Part shown: positions 38,110 through 46,667 of the stretch, in pieces | How the letters are laid out: every line of letters begins with the position of its first letter | Numbering within the stretch: position 1 is the first letter of the stretch | Virus record (IMG/VR): IMGVR_UViG_3300033066_001594 | DNA: 64,000 nucleotides | Reading direction: 5' to 3' (one strand) | Source: an uncultured virus (IMG/VR IMGVR_UViG_3300033066_001594) | Taxonomy: Duplodnaviria > Heunggongvirae > Uroviricota > Caudoviricetes | Notes under the pieces: model-generated | The model's input: only the letters and a program-made list of their open reading frames with translations | Database searches by the model: none | Told to the model about the DNA's origin: nothing | Translations under genes and position numbers: made by a program

Positions 38110-38745
38110 GTGGGCTATATCGGTATCGTCAGGCAGTGGCACACCAACTGTGACACGATTGACAGGCTGCGTGTTCAGTTCGAGCGATTCGATCCTGGTA
38201 AGACGGGCGGCGGCGGTGCGGCAGTCAATATGTTTCGTTTCGAGTCGTTTGACCGTGACCTCATGCGAAGCCGGCTCTGGAACCTGACGAAAAAGAAATC
38301 CCGTCACTACGTCCAGGTGCTGTTCATGGAGGCCCGCGACTGTGGCATCGAAGCGTTTAGCGTGCACGCGGTTGAGAAAGAAATGGTGGTCAGCCAGCTC
38401 TTCAACCGTTCCGTGGCCCGTGACGTGTGGCGGCCCGTCTTCGCCAGGAGCAAGATCAACAATGTCAAAAACCCACCGAAACTTCCTGTCGTCTGTCGTT
38501 CTTTCTCCACGATCCGGCAGCTGACAAACACACAGGTGTCTCTTATCGTGCAGTCGACCAACGTGAGGCATGTGGCACCGCCGGCCCTCATGAATCCTGG
38601 TCTGATAGCATCTTGGTATCGATACACCAAGACGACCGTTTACACTTTAGAAGTCCGTTGCATCCAGGACGACTCCATCGTCCGGTCGATTCGTGAAATT
38701 GCCGTCGAAGTCAACACTCGCTGTCACCTGACCGCCATGTCCTGA
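38110..38745 (+). CDS. hypothetical phage protein
   Basis: AGGAG RBS. Confidence 0.55.
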   Translation: MGYIGIVRQWHTNCDTIDRLRVQFERFDPGKTGGGGAAVNMFRFESFDRDLMRSRLWNLTKKKSRHYVQVLFMEARDCGIEAFSVHAVEKEMVVSQLFNRSVARDVWRPVFARSKINNVKNPPKLPVVCRSFSTIRQLTNTQVSLIVQSTNVRHVAPPALMNPGLIASWYRYTKTTVYTLEVRCIQDDSIVRSIREIAVEVNTRCHLTAMS

Positions 38746-38758
38746 CGGGAGGTTTTAA

Positions 38759-39595
38759 ATGAACAAGCCCAGGGTCAAGCGTCCGCCCACACCCGAGATC
38801 TCGCTGCGTAAAAGCTTCACGATGATCCAGCGGATGCAGGACCGGCTGGACGACCTGGACTTATATGGCCAGACGATGAACTTCTATGTGGCGGATCGCG
38901 TCACGACGATCCTCCTGGCCACGCTGGGTTTGAACACGGCCGTGAAGCGGCACGCCATGCTCAACAGCGTGCTCACGCTTTCGGGTCATCCTTTCAACTA
39001 CAACACGTCCCGCACGCTGATCCGTCGCCTGGTGACGAGCGTCCCGCAGATGGAGAACGGCCAGCCGGTCAACGCCGGCCAGGTCACGGTGCTGCCAGAG
39101 GGATGGCACGTGCTGCAGGTGCTGGAGTCAGCCGTGCAGCGTGGCGTGGTCACGCTCGTGCTCAACATCGATTACGGTCCGTGCACGGACGTCCAGTTCA
39201 ACTGGAACCTGCGGGCCGGTGACAGCAACCTGGTGGGCCTGTGGCGGCGGCTCAAGCTCCCGCGGACCTACATGGGGCAGTGGAACTACCTCACGCAGAT
39301 GAGGTTCTGGGCCTGGCTGCGTGTGATCAACGGTGTCCCGATCGTGTCGAGCACGCGGACCGATTCCTCGATCAAAGGTGTCAACGACCAAATTGTCAGA
39401 TTCAGGCGTCCGCCCTGTCCTCATCGTTACAATAAGCCCTGCGTATTGTGCCCGGTGGGTTACGACAAGTGTCCCGCGGGCTGTCATCGATTCACAGTTT
39501 TGAAGGTCATCGGACATGACACAGATCAAGATTCCGTCAGCGGGAGCGATGCAGGCGACGCCGGATCGCCAGGTGTGGATGAACCCCCAGCGTGA
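38759..39595 (+). CDS. hypothetical protein with a C-terminal Cys cluster
   Basis: GGAGG RBS; CP....PC..CPVG...C..GCH. Confidence 0.65.
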   Translation: MNKPRVKRPPTPEISLRKSFTMIQRMQDRLDDLDLYGQTMNFYVADRVTTILLATLGLNTAVKRHAMLNSVLTLSGHPFNYNTSRTLIRRLVTSVPQMENGQPVNAGQVTVLPEGWHVLQVLESAVQRGVVTLVLNIDYGPCTDVQFNWNLRAGDSNLVGLWRRLKLPRTYMGQWNYLTQMRFWAWLRVINGVPIVSSTRTDSSIKGVNDQIVRFRRPPCPHRYNKPCVLCPVGYDKCPAGCHRFTVLKVIGHDTDQDSVSGSDAGDAGSPGVDEPPA

Positions 39596-40040
39596 CATCG
39601 CTCACGCGTTTCCCGACTACATTTACAGGGCCACCGCCATTCTCGAAAAAGGAACGCTGTACCGGTTCTTTGATGTGTTCGAGGCGGAGGGCGGCAAGCC
39701 AGAGCAGGTGGGTGAGGTCGTCCGCTTCTGGCAGCGGTACTTCGAGAACTGCAGCTCGGCCGAGTACTCGACGCAGAAGGAAGCGTTCAACGATGCCGGC
39801 TTCGAGTCGCTGGACATGAGGGCGGTGGGCGTCGCTGCCACGTCCCTGATGTTCGTGGTGCTCAGTGCCTACTACGTCGGACTCCAGGAGGCCACGTTTT
39901 CGACGCGGCCTGACGAGAACCCGGACAGGTCCTGGAAGCAGGCAGAGCCACAGTACCTGCGGACTGACGGCGGTCCGGTCCGCCGCTGGATACGCAGACG
40001 CCTCTATCGTCTTTTTGGTCGTATCCTCCATGCCATCTAA
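39516..40040 (+). CDS. hypothetical phage protein
   Basis: WMNPQRDIAH.FP. Confidence 0.65.
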   Translation: MTQIKIPSAGAMQATPDRQVWMNPQRDIAHAFPDYIYRATAILEKGTLYRFFDVFEAEGGKPEQVGEVVRFWQRYFENCSSAEYSTQKEAFNDAGFESLDMRAVGVAATSLMFVVLSAYYVGLQEATFSTRPDENPDRSWKQAEPQYLRTDGGPVRRWIRRRLYRLFGRILHAI

Positions 40041-40308
40041 GCACACAACCATCATCAACATCACCAGCACGCACCCGTTGACCGTCGAAGAGACCACGGA
40101 CGTGCTGGACGGGTTTGGACCGCACGTCCGACAAGCCTTCGTAACGTACCGTGATTTCGTCGATGCACCCGAGGGCCAGAAGGTGATCGACCGGGCACAG
40201 GCCGGCGTCCCTGAGCCCCAGGTGACCACGGACCAGATACGGACGCCGGTGGTGACGATCGACGAGGTCGTGACCCCGGTGAAGCTGGAGATCAACGAAC
40301 CGGATTGA
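40030..40308 (+). CDS. hypothetical phage protein
   Basis: Tiling ORF MPSKHT. Confidence 0.5.
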   Translation: MPSKHTTIINITSTHPLTVEETTDVLDGFGPHVRQAFVTYRDFVDAPEGQKVIDRAQAGVPEPQVTTDQIRTPVVTIDEVVTPVKLEINEPD

Positions 40309-40351
40309 TTCGAGGCTGCACAGGCTTCGAATCGGTTACGCTTGATTACCC

Positions 40352-40582
40352 ATGCGGTTCTTTACACGCAAAGCAGGCCAGCAGGTTGTGCTGGAGCTCA
40401 ACGGCCAGATCATCGCGGTGATCGAGGCGTCAGAGCACGCACATGGCACGGGCCTGCGGATCGGCGTGGCCGCGTCTCCTACGCTGCGTGTCGTCGAGGC
40501 CGAGACAGTGGAGTCCTCCCGGCTCAAGGGCACACGGTGTCACTGGCGTGACCAGTATCGACAACAGTCCCGAGCAAAATGA
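40352..40582 (+). CDS. CsrA/RsmA-like protein (divergent)
   Basis: M...TRK.GQ.V.L ... LRIGV.A aligns to CsrA MLILTRRVGE...VRIGVNAP. Confidence 0.55.
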   Translation: MRFFTRKAGQQVVLELNGQIIAVIEASEHAHGTGLRIGVAASPTLRVVEAETVESSRLKGTRCHWRDQYRQQSRAK

Positions 40583-41295
40583 CAGATCCTCTTGAGAACC
40601 TGCTGGGTCGTATGGGCCGTCCTCCTGCCGTCCCCAGGGACAGCGAGATACGGGCCATCGTCGAAAAGGACCCTCGGTTCAGACTCAGCCTCGATCCAAA
40701 CCTTCCGGCCATTGACACGTCCTCCAACCGGGTGCCTGTACGTGAGGGCGTGTACAAAGACCAGCTCCTGACCTCACGAGTCCCGCTCACGCGTGAAGAG
40801 GCAACGGCCGGCCGACGGCTCGCGGGCCGCACCGACATCACATGGATTCACCTGGGCTGTCTCTACGAGATGGTCCGCGTCCGCACCGACGTCCTGGCCC
40901 AGTACCAGATCGAGAACAAGCAGCCGAACATGCACGTGGAAAGCCACCGGTTCGACCAGCCGTGGCTTCACGGCCTGCAGTCCTGGGGGACGCTGCTCCA
41001 AGGCATCGATCCGACGCTGGAGGCGGACTGTGTCCGCTGGCTCCTCAACCAGCTGTTCGTCCGTCGCACGACTCGAACCTGGTGGCGGCTCCGTCGTGAG
41101 CGGGTCACCATCAGCGACCCGACGCGGGCACCGATCACCAACCCACTGGACCAGATACAGGTCTCGGTCTTCCTGCCGCTGGGCAGTCGCGGCTCGACGG
41201 TCCTGCGTTCGTGCGAGAATGGCTATCACGTGTTCTTTGACCCGACGCTCCAGCCGCCGGGCCATCTGACTCCAGAGCTGGACCAGTTCACTTAA
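40579..41295 (+). CDS. hypothetical phage protein
   Basis: ATGA-coupled 238-aa ORF. Confidence 0.65.
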   Translation: MTDPLENLLGRMGRPPAVPRDSEIRAIVEKDPRFRLSLDPNLPAIDTSSNRVPVREGVYKDQLLTSRVPLTREEATAGRRLAGRTDITWIHLGCLYEMVRVRTDVLAQYQIENKQPNMHVESHRFDQPWLHGLQSWGTLLQGIDPTLEADCVRWLLNQLFVRRTTRTWWRLRRERVTISDPTRAPITNPLDQIQVSVFLPLGSRGSTVLRSCENGYHVFFDPTLQPPGHLTPELDQFT

Positions 41296-41304
41296 GGAGA
41301 CGTT

Positions 41305-41697
41305 ATGCGTGAGATCAAGAGCGAGACAGGCAAGTCGTCGGTGCTCGTGTTTGCTGTCGACGGACCCGGCCCGGGCGGGGCATCACATCACTACCAGATT
41401 CTCAGCCCGGACCGGAAGCTGTGTCTGGGCGACATCCGGTTTCAGGACGGGGCCATCCTGTCCGTGGGTGTCAACGGGCTTACGCACGAGTCGCTGCTGG
41501 CGACCATCGTCGATCGCCTGACGGCTTTCCAAGCCGGACCGTTCGCCTGTGTCGAGAACGCCGAGGCACTGGCTGCCGTACAGGTGGCCCTGGTTGCGTT
41601 AGGCAAGCGAACAGCCCGACGCACGGCAGCGGGGATCGAAGGTACCCATGTTGCCGAAACTCCGGTGGAGAAGGAGAAGGCACCAGCGAAGAAGTGA
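41305..41697 (+). CDS. tad1: Tad1-like (Thoeris anti-defence 1) nucleotide-signal sponge
   Basis: GPGGASHHY.I...IRFQDG...LL..I.DRL..FQAGPF...EN..AL...R...G..GT matches the Tad1 pattern. Confidence 0.8.
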   Translation: MREIKSETGKSSVLVFAVDGPGPGGASHHYQILSPDRKLCLGDIRFQDGAILSVGVNGLTHESLLATIVDRLTAFQAGPFACVENAEALAAVQVALVALGKRTARRTAAGIEGTHVAETPVEKEKAPAKK

Positions 41698-41720
41698 TGA
41701 CAGTGACATGTCAAAAGGGG

Positions 41721-41763
41721 AAGATGACCCGTCTGCATGCCGGCAGAGCGGGTCATCTTTTCT
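41721..41763 (+). terminator. intrinsic terminator
   Basis: AAGATGACCCG..CGGGTCATCTT + TTCT. Confidence 0.65.
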
Positions 41764-41817
41764 GAAGAATAGTAGATTCGATCACTTCATGTTCATTCTA
41801 GCCAGTAACTTAAGAGT

Positions 41818-42039
41818 ATGCGACTTCCACTTCATGGTCCAGGACCTCGCGTTTTGGTGAGCATCAAGGACGGTCGTGTGTCCAGCGTGAGTGCGGACGG
41901 TGCGTGCGTTGTCATCGTCGAGCATTCCAATGACTCGGCTGAGGTGCCTGTAGTTGTAACGGTGCAGCGGTCTGACATGGACAAAGACATCGCGGCACTG
42001 GAAGCAGCTACCCCCACACAACCCCCTACAGTCGAGTAA
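41818..42039 (+). CDS. hypothetical phage protein
   Basis: RVLVSIKDGRVSSV; TAACTT-N6-ATG. Confidence 0.55.
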   Translation: MRLPLHGPGPRVLVSIKDGRVSSVSADGACVVIVEHSNDSAEVPVVVTVQRSDMDKDIAALEAATPTQPPTVE

Positions 42040-42043
42040 CTCC

Positions 42044-42499
42044 GTGAATCAATACAGGAACGAGCGTCCCATCCGAGAAGACCTGCGTAGTTTGCGAGTC
42101 AGTCAGGTTGCTGACATCCACCAGGCGGTCGCGTGGACACAGCGGCTGCTCCAGGAGATTCGGAAGATCCAGACGCAGATGAAGATGCCCAACCGGTGCA
42201 ATGCCCGGGGCCAGCGACTCACCGTGGCCGAGTACCGGTCGTGGAGGTCCAACGCACTCTTTGCCCTTCAATCACTGGAGCAGCAGCGTCGCGAGCTTCG
42301 CACGTACATCCGTCAGGAACGTGCACGTCTGAAGGAGGAAGCGATCCCGGCCCACGCACGTGACGCGGAAAGTTTGTTGCTGTCGCTGTACCGTGTGAAC
42401 AGGGCTGTGCTGTCTCAGGCTCAGGACTTGAAATTGAGTGACCAGGACCAGACACTGCTGGACGTGATTCGCGATCGGTTCTTTCTTTTCGACCTGTAA
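42044..42499 (+). CDS. hypothetical coiled-coil protein
   Basis: Tiling ORF. Confidence 0.6.
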   Translation: MNQYRNERPIREDLRSLRVSQVADIHQAVAWTQRLLQEIRKIQTQMKMPNRCNARGQRLTVAEYRSWRSNALFALQSLEQQRRELRTYIRQERARLKEEAIPAHARDAESLLLSLYRVNRAVLSQAQDLKLSDQDQTLLDVIRDRFFLFDL

Positions 42500-42508
42500 G
42501 GACAGCTC

Positions 42509-42850
42509 ATGCTCAAGTTTAGTCACCCCGTCCCCGGACCCAAGCAACCGCCAGCACCCGTCATCTCCGCAGCCCCCTCGGCTCCCACGCCCGCACAACA
42601 CAACACACATCAGCAGACTCATGCGGACCCGAAGCCGACAGGCTCGATCACCGACATCCTGACCCTGGTCATCGGCGACCGCGAGCAGGTGACCCGCGTC
42701 CTGCTCCGTCACGGCTGGACCCAGCTCAAGACAAAAGGGTCCTACCTCTTCGAGTCGCCGAAGCACCGACAGCCCAAGGATTTTCCGATGGCCCGACACC
42801 TCCAGTTGCGGGAACTGGTCGAACCGTACCGGGGTAAGCTGAACGTTTAA
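42509..42850 (+). CDS. Pro-rich protein with a HicA-like C-terminal segment
   Basis: TAAGGA RBS; REQVTRVLLRHGWTQLKTKGSY. Confidence 0.5.
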   Translation: MLKFSHPVPGPKQPPAPVISAAPSAPTPAQHNTHQQTHADPKPTGSITDILTLVIGDREQVTRVLLRHGWTQLKTKGSYLFESPKHRQPKDFPMARHLQLRELVEPYRGKLNV

Positions 42851-42982
42851 ATTACGATGTCGACCGTGATTTTCCTGTTCACAGACCAGGTCGGACCTTG
42901 TAGAGTTTGTTATCAAGCGGTCAGATTAGAGCATGAGCCGGTGCCGCTGACCTACCCTTCCGGCACATCAACGGAGTGTCCT

Positions 42983-43039
42983 ATGGCAAAGAAAGCCAAG
43001 ACCACGAAGAAGACGACGAAGAAGACCACGAAGAAGTGA
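42983..43039 (+). CDS. 18-aa Lys/Thr-rich micropeptide MAKKAKTTKKTTKKTTKK
   Basis: GGAG RBS; followed by a terminator. Confidence 0.45.
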   Translation: MAKKAKTTKKTTKKTTKK

Positions 43040-43073
43040 ATGCCGCTGTTGCGGTTTTACTTTGACGACAACA

Positions 43074-43109
43074 AGCCTCGCCGGGTGAACTCGGCGAGGC
43101 TCATTTTTT
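43074..43109 (+). terminator. intrinsic terminator
   Basis: AGCCTCGCCG..CGGCGAGGCT + CATTTTTT. Confidence 0.7.
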
Positions 43110-43126
43110 GAACGGCGGAGGGTCCT

Positions 43127-43291
43127 ATGTGGATGTTTATCCTGCCCATGATTTGTCTCTTTGTCGCTGCACTGCTTTGGTATCCTGCCGATGAGGCGGA
43201 CTGTATGCAGTACGGTCATCTGCCCAACACGACTGCTGACCGGTGCATCCGGTGTCGTAAGGAGTTGAGACCTGTTAACAGGGAGCAATGA
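43127..43291 (+). CDS. small membrane-anchored Cys/His protein (not in ORF track)
   Basis: GGAGG RBS; hydrophobic N-terminus, C..YGH...C.RC. Confidence 0.5.
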   Translation: MWMFILPMICLFVAALLWYPADEADCMQYGHLPNTTADRCIRCRKELRPVNREQ

Positions 43292-43292
43292 C

Positions 43293-43487
43293 ATGAACGG
43301 CCTCGTGTACTTTTTCTTCGGCGTGATCTTCGCGATATTGACGCTGGCCGGTCTCGAGATGGCCGGCAAGTCGGCTGACCGCTCAGACCTGAAGTCCGCC
43401 ATAGGCTGGTCGGTCTTCACGCTGGTCGTTATCGGCCTGACCATGCTCTGCCTGCTCACCAGTGTCTTTGACGGAGCCTCCAGATGA
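43293..43487 (+). CDS. small two-helix membrane protein
   Basis: Two hydrophobic segments. Confidence 0.55.
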   Translation: MNGLVYFFFGVIFAILTLAGLEMAGKSADRSDLKSAIGWSVFTLVVIGLTMLCLLTSVFDGASR

Positions 43488-43702
43488 ATGAAGCACAACG
43501 AAAGCTGGCCGAGACTAGCGGAACGCCCACGGAGTTCGCACGAGCCTGCGACGCGGCCCGTGCCCAGGGAATGATCACGCAGAAGGAGTGTGAAGAGGCG
43601 GTTGAACGTTACTGGAGGTTGTGGAATGAGGCGTATCGCAAACCCGACGGCAGCCGATCGTCCAGCACGTTGGACAATCAAAATGAAACGACTACTACGT
43701 AA
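43484..43702 (+). CDS. hypothetical phage protein
   Basis: GTP.EFA.AC..A...IT..E...A. Confidence 0.55.
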   Translation: MNEAQRKLAETSGTPTEFARACDAARAQGMITQKECEEAVERYWRLWNEAYRKPDGSRSSSTLDNQNETTTT

Positions 43703-44177
43703 GTACGAGATTCAGGCTGTCTACAGCTGCGTTCAGTCGAATGGGACTTTGAAATCGGCGAGAATCCGGGCACAGCTGCTGCCGCTGAGAGACGCGAACG
43801 ACTATTCATTCTGCAGGTTCAGCGACCCCGGACCCCTCAACGGCGTCCTCCACTGGACCAGTCACTGGAACCACTCGACGAAGAAGGATGGCGTCGACGT
43901 CTGCTGTCGAACGGACAGCAACCGCAAGTCTAATTACAAAGGCACATCGGTCCTGTGGGTGTTATGGCTGATCTGGAGACAGGATCGGCTGGCACCTGTG
44001 ACTTACACGCAGAGCACGCCAGATAGCGACCGTGAGCTGGTGTTTGTGGGTTGTGACTTGCTTGAGTTTCACTCGTTCCTCTCGTTCGTCACACTGCTGC
44101 ACACGCACTACAGCAACGAAATGACCATGCTCGGTGAACTGGTTCGCAAGGTCTACAACAAGCGTCGCCTCATCTAA
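43683..44177 (+). CDS. hypothetical phage protein
   Basis: Tiling ORF MKRLLRKY. Confidence 0.55.
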   Translation: MKRLLRKYEIQAVYSCVQSNGTLKSARIRAQLLPLRDANDYSFCRFSDPGPLNGVLHWTSHWNHSTKKDGVDVCCRTDSNRKSNYKGTSVLWVLWLIWRQDRLAPVTYTQSTPDSDRELVFVGCDLLEFHSFLSFVTLLHTHYSNEMTMLGELVRKVYNKRRLI

Positions 44178-44220
44178 AAATAACAGCAAAACGCGTCATA
44201 TTACTGTGTACCGCTTCATT

Positions 44221-44254
44221 AACCCTTGGCCGTGTGGTCGAGGGTTTTCTTTTT
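44221..44254 (+). terminator. intrinsic terminator
   Basis: AACCCTTGGCC-GTGT-GGTCGAGGGTT + TTCTTTTT. Confidence 0.7.
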
Positions 44255-44408
44255 CACGTAAAGGAGAACGTCATGTAAACGCAACGAGTAGGTCACTGAC
44301 AGATACGGAAACATCTCAAGCACCAAAACTGGCGGAGTTTGGTGCCCGGACAGTCTGGATCACAGGGTTGTGATCTGAGTCCGGATACATCCGCGTGGAG
44401 CAACAGTC

Positions 44409-46043
44409 ATGCCTCAAGGTTCAACGACCACTATCTCGACCGTCATCCGTCTCAGTCTCCCAGCCTCGATCGACACCACAGAAGATGGCGTGATCGATCT
44501 CAGTGCTGTGATCGTCGACGTGATGAACGACGTCAGAGCAAGTCATTTGAGTCAGTACCGCCCGGCCATCAATCGTCCGTACCGCTGCTACAGCATCGGT
44601 GTCGAGAACGGCCGTATCAAGGTGGGCGGCGTGCTCAGCAAGAAGGACGAACGAACGGGTGAACCTGTTCACATGGCCAAGACCTACAAGGAGCTTGGCC
44701 TACCTCATCGCCAGATGGTCGACATCAACACGGGCCAGGAATACTCCTGGCAGCGTGGCAGCTTCTGCATCGTGGACGCCGCCGGAAACCATCGCGAGAT
44801 TCGTCTCGACGATAACTTCCGGAACTACGAGTTGAAGCTGTGGCAGAAGCACAAGCAGTATCCCAACGGCAGCAGCATCCGCCGCGTCGTGCGGGACAGC
44901 CGTACGGTGTTTGCCGACACGACACCGGCGGACATTCGACAGGCCGTCGACGAACTCGAGACCAGCCTGATCTCTACCAAGGAGACGGACCGGTTCTCGT
45001 GGGTGTCAACTCTCCCGATCTACGCGATGGTGCCCAACCAGTCGTGTCTCACGTTCGCAGAGACGTGGATCGACGAGACAGTTCTGAAGATCGTGTCGGG
45101 TCACGTGTCGCTGACCATCCAGCGGGCCGGCTTCGACGGCGTCCTGCAGCCACGCGTGGCACCGGGTGTCGATCCGGCCAAGGCCCGAGAAGAAGACATC
45201 ACCGGGTATCGGCTGGTCGACGCGGCCGATCCCACCAGACTGCTCGAAACCCGGATGCGTATGCCGGGGTTTGTGTTCAAGCAGTTCCGCGGCGAGGTGA
45301 AGGCTGGCGACGTCCTGCAGATCGTTGAAGACAGCGGTCTGTATCTCGACGCCAACGACTTCAAGACCCAGAATCCCAAGACGTACGAGCACATCCGCGG
45401 CCGGTTGATGGGTGAGTACGTGACGCCGTACGGGGATGACTTCCTCGTCGACATCGCTGTGCTTGCCAAACTCCCGGATGTGGGTCGTCTGGTCGTCTCG
45501 GTCTTCCAGCCCTACACGGTGGTTCTCAAGCCACAGGTGTTCCCGGGCCGGTACTCGCCGGACATGTTGAGATCCACGCCCCTGTCCACGACCAGTGGGC
45601 ACCTGGACGTGGACCTGGTAACTCTGCCTGAGCAGTGGACGGCTCGCCGGACACGACCCCAGACGCCGGGCTACCACGGGACACGTCAGCAGACGACAGT
45701 ACGTCGCGTCGCACCGCCGCTCTTTTCTGACCTGGGAACCGTTTCGGAGATCCCAGAGAAGAATCGTCCGGCACCGCTGACAGAGCACTTGAACATCTCG
45801 TCGGAGGGTCTGCCGAGCGGTAACGAGGCGGTCGCTGGAATGCTGCGGGAGGCGGCACAGACCGGACTGTCGACTAGCCCTGACGATGACTTCATGGCGG
45901 CGATGGAAGAGGCAGTCGAATCGGTGATCACGGATGCGAACATCCCTGAGAACCGTGAGACGCCAAACCCGCTGCAGGGTTGGGACGCCGTTGATCCCAA
46001 CCTGACGACGGCCGGGCTCACGCCTGGTACGCCGATCGATTGA
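44409..46043 (+). CDS. large hypothetical protein (544 aa)
   Basis: Long ORF, GGAG RBS, high third-position GC. Confidence 0.75.
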   Translation: MPQGSTTTISTVIRLSLPASIDTTEDGVIDLSAVIVDVMNDVRASHLSQYRPAINRPYRCYSIGVENGRIKVGGVLSKKDERTGEPVHMAKTYKELGLPHRQMVDINTGQEYSWQRGSFCIVDAAGNHREIRLDDNFRNYELKLWQKHKQYPNGSSIRRVVRDSRTVFADTTPADIRQAVDELETSLISTKETDRFSWVSTLPIYAMVPNQSCLTFAETWIDETVLKIVSGHVSLTIQRAGFDGVLQPRVAPGVDPAKAREEDITGYRLVDAADPTRLLETRMRMPGFVFKQFRGEVKAGDVLQIVEDSGLYLDANDFKTQNPKTYEHIRGRLMGEYVTPYGDDFLVDIAVLAKLPDVGRLVVSVFQPYTVVLKPQVFPGRYSPDMLRSTPLSTTSGHLDVDLVTLPEQWTARRTRPQTPGYHGTRQQTTVRRVAPPLFSDLGTVSEIPEKNRPAPLTEHLNISSEGLPSGNEAVAGMLREAAQTGLSTSPDDDFMAAMEEAVESVITDANIPENRETPNPLQGWDAVDPNLTTAGLTPGTPID

Positions 46044-46059
46044 TTTTTGTACCTCCCCG

Positions 46060-46098
46060 GGCCACGTCAGCTTTACGGCTGGCGTGGCTTTTTCTTTT
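46060..46098 (+). terminator. intrinsic terminator
   Basis: GCCACGTCAGC-6nt-GCTGGCGTGGC + TTTTTCTTTT. Confidence 0.75.
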
Positions 46099-46118
46099 AA
46101 CTTCTACAGGAGATCGCA

Positions 46119-46451
46119 ATGGACCAGGAAACCTACGACGCACGATTGGATGCGGTGATCGCAGCCACGGGCTTTTCTGCTTCGAATTATGCTTACGACA
46201 CTCGTAAGCATGTGTCGGCCACTTTTCGAGCAATCGACGAGCGACGACACGAACAGCCACGCTATGTGGTCATATTGCCAGCACTACCGCGTCCGGCTAA
46301 CAAGCCGGCTCGGTTCGCGGTGGCGGCAAACGATTTTGAGCTTGTCACCGTTCTCATTCACACAGGGTCAGATGTCTACGATTTGTACGCAGACGACTAT
46401 CTGAATACGGTTCAGTTTGAGCTGCGGTTTTTGGTCAACATTCGGAACTAA
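46119..46451 (+). CDS. hypothetical phage protein
   Basis: AGGAG RBS. Confidence 0.6.
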   Translation: MDQETYDARLDAVIAATGFSASNYAYDTRKHVSATFRAIDERRHEQPRYVVILPALPRPANKPARFAVAANDFELVTVLIHTGSDVYDLYADDYLNTVQFELRFLVNIRN

Positions 46452-46465
46452 CAAGGAGGTGTCTC

Positions 46466-46654
46466 GTGAGGCTTTTGCGTCTACTAGGGATATCAAATGG
46501 AGATGAGTTCGCCATGGGGTTTTTCTACGGCACCATGGCCGGACTCCTGATCCTGGTCGTCTTCATGCCCGAACCGGGCAGGCCCAAGACCAAGATCGAT
46601 CGCATCATCACACTGCCACCGACGTCGGTGGCAGTCGACCCGTTCGCCCCGTGA
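46466..46654 (+). CDS. small membrane protein
   Basis: AAGGAGG RBS; one TM helix. Confidence 0.55.
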   Translation: MRLLRLLGISNGDEFAMGFFYGTMAGLLILVVFMPEPGRPKTKIDRIITLPPTSVAVDPFAP

Positions 46655-46667
46655 TTGGTCTGTTTGA

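Noticed and set aside
44273..44411. T4 gene 60-style ribosomal bypass from ATG-TAA to the ATG at 44409
   Set aside because: The downstream ATG has its own SD and there is no nascent peptide before take-off. Kept only as a structured-leader finding.
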